From a virus, in IMG/VR virus record IMGVR_UViG_3300025132_007932, positions 34,425 to 98,424 of that record: a stretch of 64,000 nucleotides of DNA, one strand, 5' to 3'. Under the pieces are notes generated by a model. The model ran no database searches. It was not told where the DNA came from and saw nothing but the letters and a program-made list of their open reading frames with translations. The first letter of the stretch is position 1. Each line of letters starts with the position of its first letter. The position numbers and the translations under genes are program-made. Shown here in pieces: positions 52,322 through 60,053 of the stretch.

Positions 52322-52358
52322 CACTATAAAATAAATCTTTGCCGGCAAATTTAAATGC

Positions 52359-52369
52359 AACTATTTATA
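52359..52369 (+). promoter_or_regulatory. Putative late promoter motif AACTATTTATA
   Basis: Intergenic, just upstream of the GAGGAG SD of 52386. Confidence 0.6.
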
Positions 52370-52385
52370 TACGAGGAGAAAATAA

Positions 52386-53408
52386 ATGGCTTTTTTGGAC
52401 AACTCAGGCGACATTATCTTAGACGCCACATTAACCGATACCGGTAGGCGACGAATGGCGCAAGGAAGATTTAGAATCGCTAAGTATGCGCTGGGTGATG
52501 ATGAGATAGATTATTCTTTATATAACAAAGAACATCCCTCTGGTTCTGCTTATTACGACCTTAAAATATTACAAACACCTGTTTTTGAAGCATTCTCCAA
52601 ACACTCAGCCAATATTAAATACGGCCTTCTTTCGAATACTAGAATGGATTTGCTTTACCTACCACAGCTAATACCAAACCACAAAATTCCGAGGTCAATA
52701 GGTCTTAGCGGTAGTGTTTACTATTGCGCAACAAACAATGAGACTTTCGAAAAAATTAAAACGACCTGGAGTTCCGATAGTGTTGACGCAGCCAAGTTTC
52801 TTTTACAAAGTGGAGACCGCTCCAAAAACTTTATTGCAATCGAATCGGGCTTGAATACATCAGACTTTTTGGGAACAAGCACTACAAGAAACAATTTCCT
52901 TATAAACACTAACTTAAAAGACAGTGAGTATAATGTTTATTGTGATCGAAGATTTGTCGCCGGCGTTATGGGCACGAAAGGCGGTGGAATTTTCTCAAAC
53001 ACGGCCGATGGCACTTTAACTCAAGATCTCTTGCCACTCGCGAGTCCTTCATATGGCGGCGGGGGAAGAAGAAAGTCTGGCTACGCTTACTATAAGACTG
53101 CGATGATCAATGCCGCCGACAATACCGTATATTTCTATCCGGGCGCAACCGCCGACACAACGCACTCAGTGCTAGCGGGCCCGCGCGGCTCTATTGGCGT
53201 AATGGGGTTTGCGGTTAAAGCTGAACTAACATCGCTAGCAACCGGAGTACGCAGTGCGCTTTGGGAGCAATACGGAACAAAAGCCCAGGCAATATTTGGA
53301 GGTTCAAACTTGTATGATTATATTGACACAACTGTATACGTCCAAGGAGCTTCCTCCACATCAAGAACGCAATTTCAACTGAGGATTATTAGATATGCAG
53401 GCACATGA
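52386..53408 (+). CDS. Putative structural protein, LTxxGR paralog family
   Basis: MAFLDNSGDIILDATLTDTGRRRMAQG.F.IAKYALGDDEIDYS; shares IESG, GPRGS, YG and RYxGT with the 51230 protein. Confidence 0.65.
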   Translation: MAFLDNSGDIILDATLTDTGRRRMAQGRFRIAKYALGDDEIDYSLYNKEHPSGSAYYDLKILQTPVFEAFSKHSANIKYGLLSNTRMDLLYLPQLIPNHKIPRSIGLSGSVYYCATNNETFEKIKTTWSSDSVDAAKFLLQSGDRSKNFIAIESGLNTSDFLGTSTTRNNFLINTNLKDSEYNVYCDRRFVAGVMGTKGGGIFSNTADGTLTQDLLPLASPSYGGGGRRKSGYAYYKTAMINAADNTVYFYPGATADTTHSVLAGPRGSIGVMGFAVKAELTSLATGVRSALWEQYGTKAQAIFGGSNLYDYIDTTVYVQGASSTSRTQFQLRIIRYAGT

Positions 53409-53426
53409 TATATTTGGAGTTAACAA

Positions 53427-54569
53427 ATGCCAATTTTAAATTACGAACCAATTAACCCGTCAACAGACGTCACATTAACCAAAACTTTACTACACGAAGC
53501 GGTACCCTTAACAGGGGCAATAGTATCTGGAACTTACGGCACTTACCCGAATGGTGGAAACATCAAGAACTACAGCCACGGCCAGTTTCAATCAGTTTAC
53601 GATTACCCATATCTAAGCTCTTCGGCTAACCATATTTTTGACATAACTATGGGATACGATGAGTCGTCAGTATTATCTTCTTCTACGCTTTCCAGACCAC
53701 AACAGACTAAAAAGATAAACATGTATAATCAGTTTTCACAAGTCTTGCTTGGTTTTACTGGTAGCAACAATCAGGTAGAAATTTTTGAGAGTGATTTGAA
53801 TATTTCAGATAATGACAATCAAATGAAAGAAGTATTCTTCCTTAGTATGTCTCGTCTATTGATGAAGGACCAAATTAAGAAAGGTACGTTCAGCATCTCC
53901 TTGGGTACTGGCTCAGTGCAGAAAGTCGGAATAGCAAATGCAAATCCGTTTATCAACGCATCTGGCACCAATACAACAATGACCCTAACAGATGCGTCAG
54001 CGTCCGCAGATGACACAGGAACGGCGGTTAGTAACGGCGGTCAATATGGCGTGCTCTATCATGCTGATGGCACAGCAACTGGTACACCTTACGGAGTTGT
54101 GTTTTATCAAGCTGGCATAATAGCCCTAAGTGCTTCTATATGGCCCACCGGCGCCGCTGGTGCCGCCGGCGATAACCAGAATATATTTTACCACGATGCT
54201 ACAAGAGGCGCCTCTGGAACAAACTATACTGTCACAGCTTGTATGGCTTCGGCTAGTATCAGTGGTGCTTGTGATGCTATCAGAAGAAGAGTACAGAATA
54301 TTTCCTTCAACAACACAACTGAAATTAATTCTACGGTCTACTTCTGTCGAGTACCCTTTAATAAGTTCAATTACAGTTCAAATAACACATATATTTCTGG
54401 AAGTAAGATCCGAGTTAAAAACTTTGCCTCTGACCCACCTGTAACGTATATTACTACAGTCGGATTGTATAGTGCGACTAATGAATTGTTAGCTGTTGCA
54501 AAGCTTTCTGAGCCGTTAAGGAAATCAATCACAACTGATATGACGTTGCGAGTAAGACTTGACTACTAG
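53427..54569 (+). CDS. Putative tail/baseplate protein (tail-collar-fibre-like C-terminal motif), paralog A
   Basis: IKKGTF, GVVFYQAGII, FNYSSN.TY, YITTVGLYS..NELLAVAKLSEPLRK. Confidence 0.6.
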   Translation: MPILNYEPINPSTDVTLTKTLLHEAVPLTGAIVSGTYGTYPNGGNIKNYSHGQFQSVYDYPYLSSSANHIFDITMGYDESSVLSSSTLSRPQQTKKINMYNQFSQVLLGFTGSNNQVEIFESDLNISDNDNQMKEVFFLSMSRLLMKDQIKKGTFSISLGTGSVQKVGIANANPFINASGTNTTMTLTDASASADDTGTAVSNGGQYGVLYHADGTATGTPYGVVFYQAGIIALSASIWPTGAAGAAGDNQNIFYHDATRGASGTNYTVTACMASASISGACDAIRRRVQNISFNNTTEINSTVYFCRVPFNKFNYSSNNTYISGSKIRVKNFASDPPVTYITTVGLYSATNELLAVAKLSEPLRKSITTDMTLRVRLDY

Positions 54570-54581
54570 AAATGATGCGAT

Positions 54582-56072
54582 ATGGCCCTAAAAAAATTCA
54601 AACAAAACGATATTATTGTAAACACAATGGAAGCTCACCCCAGGTGTGAGTTTTTCATTTATAATGGTTCTGTATACTACAACAATATAGGCTATAATTC
54701 TGGGTCATTTTCTCAACATTCTAAAAATTCACCAACCGGTAATGTCAATTTATATGAATATAATGTTGATAGGCTGAGCGGCGCCGTTGATTATGCGCTG
54801 AGTGGTCCGGGAGAAAACTTACCGGCCTTCCCTACGACACCAAGACCCCGACCCACTGCCGGCACCAACCCGTTCATATTTCCATTTATCACGAAAGACT
54901 CACATCGCATATTCTTTAACACGGTAACAGGCGGAACAGATTCTTTTTTTGATGCAGCGACCGGAGATATTCTATATGGTGAATATCCAATGTCAGCATC
55001 AATATCAAAAGAACTTATCGTAAATGATGTATCCGGAACGGCAATGGGCCTTGGGAGATTTAAGGATAATCCACATTACCGAGCACTTCGAAGTAAATTA
55101 AATTATTTGGGATCGGTAAGTGAACATTACAAAATCTCTTCACCTGATGACGGGTTTCAACCAGGTGATCCTGGAGCTGCAGCAGAATATCAATGGCACA
55201 AAGATCATCAAAGAATGTCTATCGTTCATATACCGTCAATTTTTTATGGTTCTCAAATAAAGCCCGGATCGGTTTCCTTGAAGTGGTATATCACCGGTGC
55301 TCTGGCGGCAGAAGTGCGCGACATAAACCAGAACGGAGAACTAATTCAAGTTTCAGGCGGCCACGGTACCCCTGGGTTTAGCGCCGGCGGCACTGCCACG
55401 AGCGCAAAAAACAAAACCGATGCTTTTGCTTGCTCAACTGGTTCTGTTGCTGGTGTTGTTTTGTACGATGAAGGGTTCATTATTTTAACTGGTTCTTGGC
55501 CACTTTCGAAAGAAAGCATAATATTGGTTCCCGGCCGCATCACCGCATCTGGCCCGCACCCAGGAAATTCAAATAATTATCTTCCCAGATGGTGGAATTG
55601 GGGCGCTGGAATGAACGACGGAGCAAACAGTTCATCAATGGACGGCATGTTTAAGCTGGCCCCAGACGGTACACAAGCTATAGGTAGTGACTATGCTAAT
55701 AGCCAATTTAGTTCCGCATCGTTTGGATTATCCTTTCAGGGCACTACCAATACGCAAGTGGTTACGATGTTTGCAAACGCAAGACGCGGCGAGGTAAATT
55801 ACTCCAATAATCCAACATTTCTTCAGTATAACCAACCTTTGCTAAGAAAAACTTCATCATTTGTTTATGAAGAAAATCCAAATAGATTAATAAAAAATAC
55901 GGTTAGTTCGAGTTTTTCAGATCATTCGGCGTCGTTCGAGCGACAGGTATATATATCAAGAGTTGCATTATATGATAGTAATAAAAACCTAATCGGCTTG
56001 GCTACCTTAAGTAATCCAATCAGAAAAAAAGAAGACGAAGATATAACCTTTAAATTGAAACTGGATATATAG
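54582..56072 (+). CDS. Putative tail/baseplate protein, paralog B
   Basis: IKPGSV, GVVLYDEGFII, NYSNNPTF, YISRVALYD..KNLIGLATLSNPIRK. Confidence 0.6.
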   Translation: MALKKFKQNDIIVNTMEAHPRCEFFIYNGSVYYNNIGYNSGSFSQHSKNSPTGNVNLYEYNVDRLSGAVDYALSGPGENLPAFPTTPRPRPTAGTNPFIFPFITKDSHRIFFNTVTGGTDSFFDAATGDILYGEYPMSASISKELIVNDVSGTAMGLGRFKDNPHYRALRSKLNYLGSVSEHYKISSPDDGFQPGDPGAAAEYQWHKDHQRMSIVHIPSIFYGSQIKPGSVSLKWYITGALAAEVRDINQNGELIQVSGGHGTPGFSAGGTATSAKNKTDAFACSTGSVAGVVLYDEGFIILTGSWPLSKESIILVPGRITASGPHPGNSNNYLPRWWNWGAGMNDGANSSSMDGMFKLAPDGTQAIGSDYANSQFSSASFGLSFQGTTNTQVVTMFANARRGEVNYSNNPTFLQYNQPLLRKTSSFVYEENPNRLIKNTVSSSFSDHSASFERQVYISRVALYDSNKNLIGLATLSNPIRKKEDEDITFKLKLDI

Positions 56073-56085
56073 TATAATACAGACC

Positions 56086-56655
56086 ATGGTTTTGGGAATA
56101 GACATATCTACCAGTATTACCGGTTTTGCCGTTGTCGGCGACGGGCAACTGTTACATTATAGCTCTGTTGATTTACGTAAACAAAAAGGTATATTTGCAA
56201 AGGCTAATTTTCTAAAAGAATATATTGAAGATTTATTTGAAAATTATCAATTAGATCAAGAAGGAAATTGGGGAGTATCAAAGCACCCAATAAAACACAT
56301 ATACATAGAGCAGCCTTTACACATGTTCATGAAAGGAAAATCTTCAGCAAAGACTCTTTCTGCTTTGATGACATTTAACGGGGTAGTCTCTTGGCTTGTT
56401 TATGAAATGTTTGACATTGAGCCGAAGTATATAGCAGCAACGAGCGCTAGGAAACATTGTGGAATTAAAGTTAAACGCGGCGAAAAATCGAAAGAGGTCG
56501 TACTACAACATCTTTTGAATAATGAGCCGGCTTTTAAAATAGCATATACAAAGTATGATAATCCAAAAGCAGAGTCTTATGATCAGGCAGATGCAATAGT
56601 GGTGGCAAAAGCGGGCGATATAATTGAAAAAGACATAGAAACAACCGAAGGATAA
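56086..56655 (+). CDS. ruvC: RuvC-like Holliday junction resolvase
   Basis: VLGIDISTSITGFAV, IYIEQP and DQADAIVVA carry the catalytic acidic residues. Confidence 0.8.
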   Translation: MVLGIDISTSITGFAVVGDGQLLHYSSVDLRKQKGIFAKANFLKEYIEDLFENYQLDQEGNWGVSKHPIKHIYIEQPLHMFMKGKSSAKTLSALMTFNGVVSWLVYEMFDIEPKYIAATSARKHCGIKVKRGEKSKEVVLQHLLNNEPAFKIAYTKYDNPKAESYDQADAIVVAKAGDIIEKDIETTEG

Positions 56656-56666
56656 TATATATTTAT

Positions 56667-56912
56667 GTGGATAAGGAATATCAACAAAAAATTATCTTCG
56701 GAATCGGAGATATAGTTGAAGAATCTACGCTACTAGTCCCACCGGGAAGAAGACCGTGGAAAGGCATAGTGGTAAAAGTAGAGACAGACGATTATTTCTC
56801 AGATATAGACGGTACGTTTCCGGGATGTTCAGTAGAAGTATATTGGCCATCCCAAGGATACTCAGAGCATCTGCCATCAGATGTGGTAAAATTAATAGAG
56901 AAAAAATCTTGA
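56667..56912 (+). CDS. Small hypothetical protein (SH3-like beta barrel possible)
   Basis: F.IGDIVE...GIVVKV...VEVYW pattern; GTG start. Confidence 0.55.
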   Translation: MDKEYQQKIIFGIGDIVEESTLLVPPGRRPWKGIVVKVETDDYFSDIDGTFPGCSVEVYWPSQGYSEHLPSDVVKLIEKKS

Positions 56913-56937
56913 CACTTGTTGTCAAATAGAATATACT
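56909..56937 (+). promoter_or_regulatory. Sigma70-type early promoter
   Basis: TTGACA (56909-14), 17-nt spacer, TATACT (56932-37). Confidence 0.8.
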
Positions 56938-56971
56938 AGTTAAGTTGATTTCATTAACAATAGGAGAAAAA

Positions 56972-57556
56972 ATGAAAGTAGAATTAGGGCACCGAGTAAA
57001 GGTGCATTATGTCGGTAGACTAAATGATGGAACTGAATTTGATAATTCTTATGTCCGCGGTGCACCAATAGAATTCGAGGCTGGCTCCGGACAGATGATA
57101 ATTGGATTCGAAAGAGCCGTTATAGGTATGGAAGTAGGAGAAACTAAGAATCATGTGACTATCCCTTGTCATCAGGGCTATGGTGATAGAAACGAGAATG
57201 CAATCCAAGAAGTGCCACGCGCAGCATTCCGACCTGATTTCGAATTTGAGACTGGGGGAGTAATCCAAGGAAATGGACCCCATGGACCCTTCATTGCTAC
57301 AATTAAGGAACACAATGATGAATCGGTGTTTTTGGATATGAATCATCCATTAGCCGGCGAAATTTTGTTTTTCGATATTAACGTTGTCTCATCTGAAGAT
57401 CCCAACGAGTCAGCAAGTGAACAAGAAGAGCCTGTTCTTGCAGAATGGAGCAAGTCAATGAAAAAGGCTGAACTACTTGAGGTAGCGAAGACTCGCGGCC
57501 TAGGCGTCAATACTCGTTCTACAAAAGCTCAAATCATTGAAGCTCTTGAAGCTTAA
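56972..57556 (+). CDS. FKBP-type (SlyD/SlpA-like) peptidyl-prolyl isomerase with C-terminal Rho_N/HeH-like domain
   Basis: VKVHYVGRL.DGTEFD.S, G.GQMI.GFE, GYG, DMNHPLAG..L.FDI; tail MKKAELLEVAK.RGL....TKAQIIEAL. Start moved to the ATG at 56972, after an AGGAGA SD. Confidence 0.88.
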   Translation: MKVELGHRVKVHYVGRLNDGTEFDNSYVRGAPIEFEAGSGQMIIGFERAVIGMEVGETKNHVTIPCHQGYGDRNENAIQEVPRAAFRPDFEFETGGVIQGNGPHGPFIATIKEHNDESVFLDMNHPLAGEILFFDINVVSSEDPNESASEQEEPVLAEWSKSMKKAELLEVAKTRGLGVNTRSTKAQIIEALEA

Positions 57557-57619
57557 ATCTTAAACTCTATCTTATCACATTTACCACAATGTTGTGTTAT
57601 GTTGCTGATAGGAGATTAA

Positions 57620-58558
57620 GTGAACAAAAAAGAAGCCAAAAAGATTCTACATGAAACTCTTGGGTACTACTCAGACAAGGGTAACGAGTTACTTTTCACG
57701 TGCCCTTCGTGCAATCATCACAAGCGTAAGTTCTCTATTAACTTGGATAAAAATGCTTATAAGTGTTGGGTTTGTGATTATCGCGGTCGTAGTATTAGGC
57801 GCCTTATTAGACGTTTTGGTACGTATACACAACTACAGAAATGGGACGCAATATCGCACAGGACAGATCTTGAAAGGTTTGCTGACCTCTTTATGGATCC
57901 AGTCGTACGAGAGGGCAAGGAAAAAGTACAACTCCCAGAAGAATTCATAAGCTTGTCTTCTGAAAAAGTACCAGCTACAGGCCTTTATGCAATCAAGTAT
58001 TTACAATCTAGAGGTATTACAAAAGCCGACATCCTTAAGTGGAAGATCGGCTTCTGTTTTAGTGGAGAATACCGCAACAGAATCATTATTCCATCTTTCG
58101 ACGATGATGGCGATTGTAGCTACTTTATCGCGAGATCCTATAGTGGAGACTCCTATAAGTATAAAAATCCAAGAGCGTCAAAGGATATAGTGTTTAATGA
58201 GCTATTTATTGACTGGAATTCAGACTTAGTATTAGTCGAAGGAGTATTTGATGCACTTGTCGCCGGAAATGCTGTTCCTATATTGGGTTCAACCTTACGG
58301 TCCGGGTCCGAATTATTACGAAAGATTGTATGGAACGACACCCCAATCTACATCGCACTCGATCCCGACGCTGCGGAAAAAGAACGTCGGATTATTAAGA
58401 TGTTGTTGGAATATGATATTGAACTTTATAAAATAGATATATCTGGATACGAGGATGTAGGTTCAATGTCAAAAGACATGTTCGAGAAGCGTAAAAACAA
58501 CGCGGCATTAATCGATAGAGATAACTATTTATTGCTAGATTTACTATCAGCAGTATAA
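57620..58558 (+). CDS. DNA primase (Zn-binding domain + TOPRIM)
   Basis: CPSCNH...CWVC zinc finger, YLQSRGI, RIIIP, YF.AR, LVEGVFD, ALDPDA, DVG. Confidence 0.88.
   Translation: MNKKEAKKILHETLGYYSDKGNELLFTCPSCNHHKRKFSINLDKNAYKCWVCDYRGRSIRRLIRRFGTYTQLQKWDAISHRTDLERFADLFMDPVVREGKEKVQLPEEFISLSSEKVPATGLYAIKYLQSRGITKADILKWKIGFCFSGEYRNRIIIPSFDDDGDCSYFIARSYSGDSYKYKNPRASKDIVFNELFIDWNSDLVLVEGVFDALVAGNAVPILGSTLRSGSELLRKIVWNDTPIYIALDPDAAEKERRIIKMLLEYDIELYKIDISGYEDVGSMSKDMFEKRKNNAALIDRDNYLLLDLLSAV
58523..58533 (+). promoter_or_regulatory. Putative late promoter motif AACTATTTATT
   Basis: Inside the primase 3' end, about 35 nt upstream of the first MKITKKQL gene. Confidence 0.5.
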
Positions 58559-58568
58559 GGATTATCAA

Positions 58569-58940
58569 ATGAAAATTACAAAGAAGCAACTAAAAGATCT
58601 TATAGCAGAGGAGATTGAAGCAACCATCGACGAGGGCGCCGAGCTAAAGATTCCAGTCGAAAAATACGATGCCTTCAAAAGAAAGATCGAACAATGGGCT
58701 ATGTTGTTCAACAAATTTACCGCGTATACAAGAGATATTCATCGTCAGGACTTTGATCGAAAAACTGACGGAAAAAGAATAGCTAGAATGGCTTACAAGC
58801 TTGAAAGCGAACTTAGAAAAATTATGCAAGAATTTGATTTTGACGCCAAGGTTTATGATGATGAGCGCTACGCAATGCGCCAGAAGCTTGATAGGTTTGA
58901 TGGCGATAGTGAATTTTTCTTAGAAAAAGATAACGACTGA
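58569..58940 (+). CDS. Hypothetical protein with MKITKKQL..I.EE leader
   Basis: AAGGA SD; N-terminal motif shared with the next gene. Confidence 0.7.
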   Translation: MKITKKQLKDLIAEEIEATIDEGAELKIPVEKYDAFKRKIEQWAMLFNKFTAYTRDIHRQDFDRKTDGKRIARMAYKLESELRKIMQEFDFDAKVYDDERYAMRQKLDRFDGDSEFFLEKDND

Positions 58941-59884
58941 TGAGAATAACCAAAAAACAATTAAAGCAGATTGTTGCGGAAGAGGTAGCTCATAGGTTGC
59001 TAGATCAAATTATCGAAGAACAACTTGAAGCATACCTAGTAGAGAATGGCGATCTTGCAGCATACAAGAAGGCCAAAAAGAGAGACTTAGTTTCTAAGGT
59101 CAAGAAGGGCCTTCTTTCAACGGCCGCCGTCGGTGCTCTTTTTGGATTACTAAATCAAAAAACGACTGACTACGCAGATATCAAAGCGGCAGAACGTGAG
59201 ATGGTCCAGCAAGCAAATGTTGAAAAAGCAAACACTGACGAAGCCCAACTAGAGCAATTTGCAGATCAGCTAAACAATACTGCCCGATATATGTGGGGTG
59301 TTGGAGATCAAGGAGCAATGCCTGTGCCCGGCACCGATGGCAAGATAACAGTGCTACCTCCGAGCTACAGCTTAGCTGTTCGCGCATTCTTGGATAAAAA
59401 AGAAAATGTAAAAAGAGCAGCCGAGGGTGAAGAGCCAATTATGAGATATGGCGAAATTGATTTAGAGAACATTCCCCAGGTTAGCGGAGAAAACTACAAA
59501 GGGTCATATGAAGAAAACGTAGAAGAGTTTTTCAATGTCTATTCCGGCAAAGACATGGTGGACGCTATCAACGTTGTTCAGAAGGTGCCGGAACTCGATG
59601 TGGTTTCTGGCACAGGAACCGAACAGATGATTGTTATGGTAAACCCAAATAAAATAGATCCTAACTATATCTTGCCTGAACTTGGTATGACTGCAGCAGA
59701 TTATTACAATTCTCAGTATGGGACATTTTTGGGCTCCGGAGAGAAAGAGGCATTAGACACGGGCGCCCCAGACACAGACTTAGATGCTGAGTTGATTCAA
59801 AAAACAAAAGAAAGAGCGGGTAACTTGAAAGAAAGTAAGATTACTTGGAAAAATTACAAAAACCGAAAGAAAAAGCTTGCATAG
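58940..59884 (+). CDS. Hypothetical protein with MRITKKQL..V.EE leader and one hydrophobic segment
   Basis: TGATG-coupled; same leader; GLLSTAAVGALFGLL segment. Confidence 0.7.
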   Translation: MRITKKQLKQIVAEEVAHRLLDQIIEEQLEAYLVENGDLAAYKKAKKRDLVSKVKKGLLSTAAVGALFGLLNQKTTDYADIKAAEREMVQQANVEKANTDEAQLEQFADQLNNTARYMWGVGDQGAMPVPGTDGKITVLPPSYSLAVRAFLDKKENVKRAAEGEEPIMRYGEIDLENIPQVSGENYKGSYEENVEEFFNVYSGKDMVDAINVVQKVPELDVVSGTGTEQMIVMVNPNKIDPNYILPELGMTAADYYNSQYGTFLGSGEKEALDTGAPDTDLDAELIQKTKERAGNLKESKITWKNYKNRKKKLA

Positions 59885-59905
59885 TCAATATTGACGTGGT
59901 ATATT
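59877..59905 (+). promoter_or_regulatory. Sigma70-type promoter with extended -10
   Basis: TTGCAT (59877-82), 17-nt spacer, TATATT (59900-05) preceded by TGG. Confidence 0.6.
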
Positions 59906-59921
59906 AATAGTTGAGGGCACA

Positions 59922-60041
59922 ATGGTTTTTGTATTAAACACTATTCTTAGAGCAGTATGTTTTGAGATCGGCTGGGTTTTTGGCACATTTATTATGCCAA
60001 TCCTGCTACATTCTTGCTTTGGGATGTCCTATATTAATTAA
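59922..60041 (+). CDS. Unannotated 39-aa hydrophobic small protein
   Basis: GAGGG SD, then ATG 59922 to TAA 60041: MVFVLNTILRAVCFEIGWVFGTFIMPILLHSCFGMSYIN. Fills the gap between the promoter and the Mre11-Rad50 gene. Confidence 0.5.
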   Translation: MVFVLNTILRAVCFEIGWVFGTFIMPILLHSCFGMSYIN

Positions 60042-60053
60042 ACCGGAGGATAT

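Noticed and set aside
52338-52349. Intrinsic terminator at TTTGCCGGCAAA
   Set aside because: It is a loopless palindrome with no proper U-tract; counted instead as an instance of the GCCGGC motif.
14265-56072. Extracellular contractile injection system or T6SS rather than a phage
   Set aside because: It is linked to a primase, resolvase, Mre11-Rad50 and a phage-type sigma factor; no Afp15-like ATPase or Tss membrane complex is seen.
57575-57603. Sigma70 promoter upstream of the primase
   Set aside because: Only a weak extended -10 (TGTTATGTT) and no convincing -35; insufficient support.
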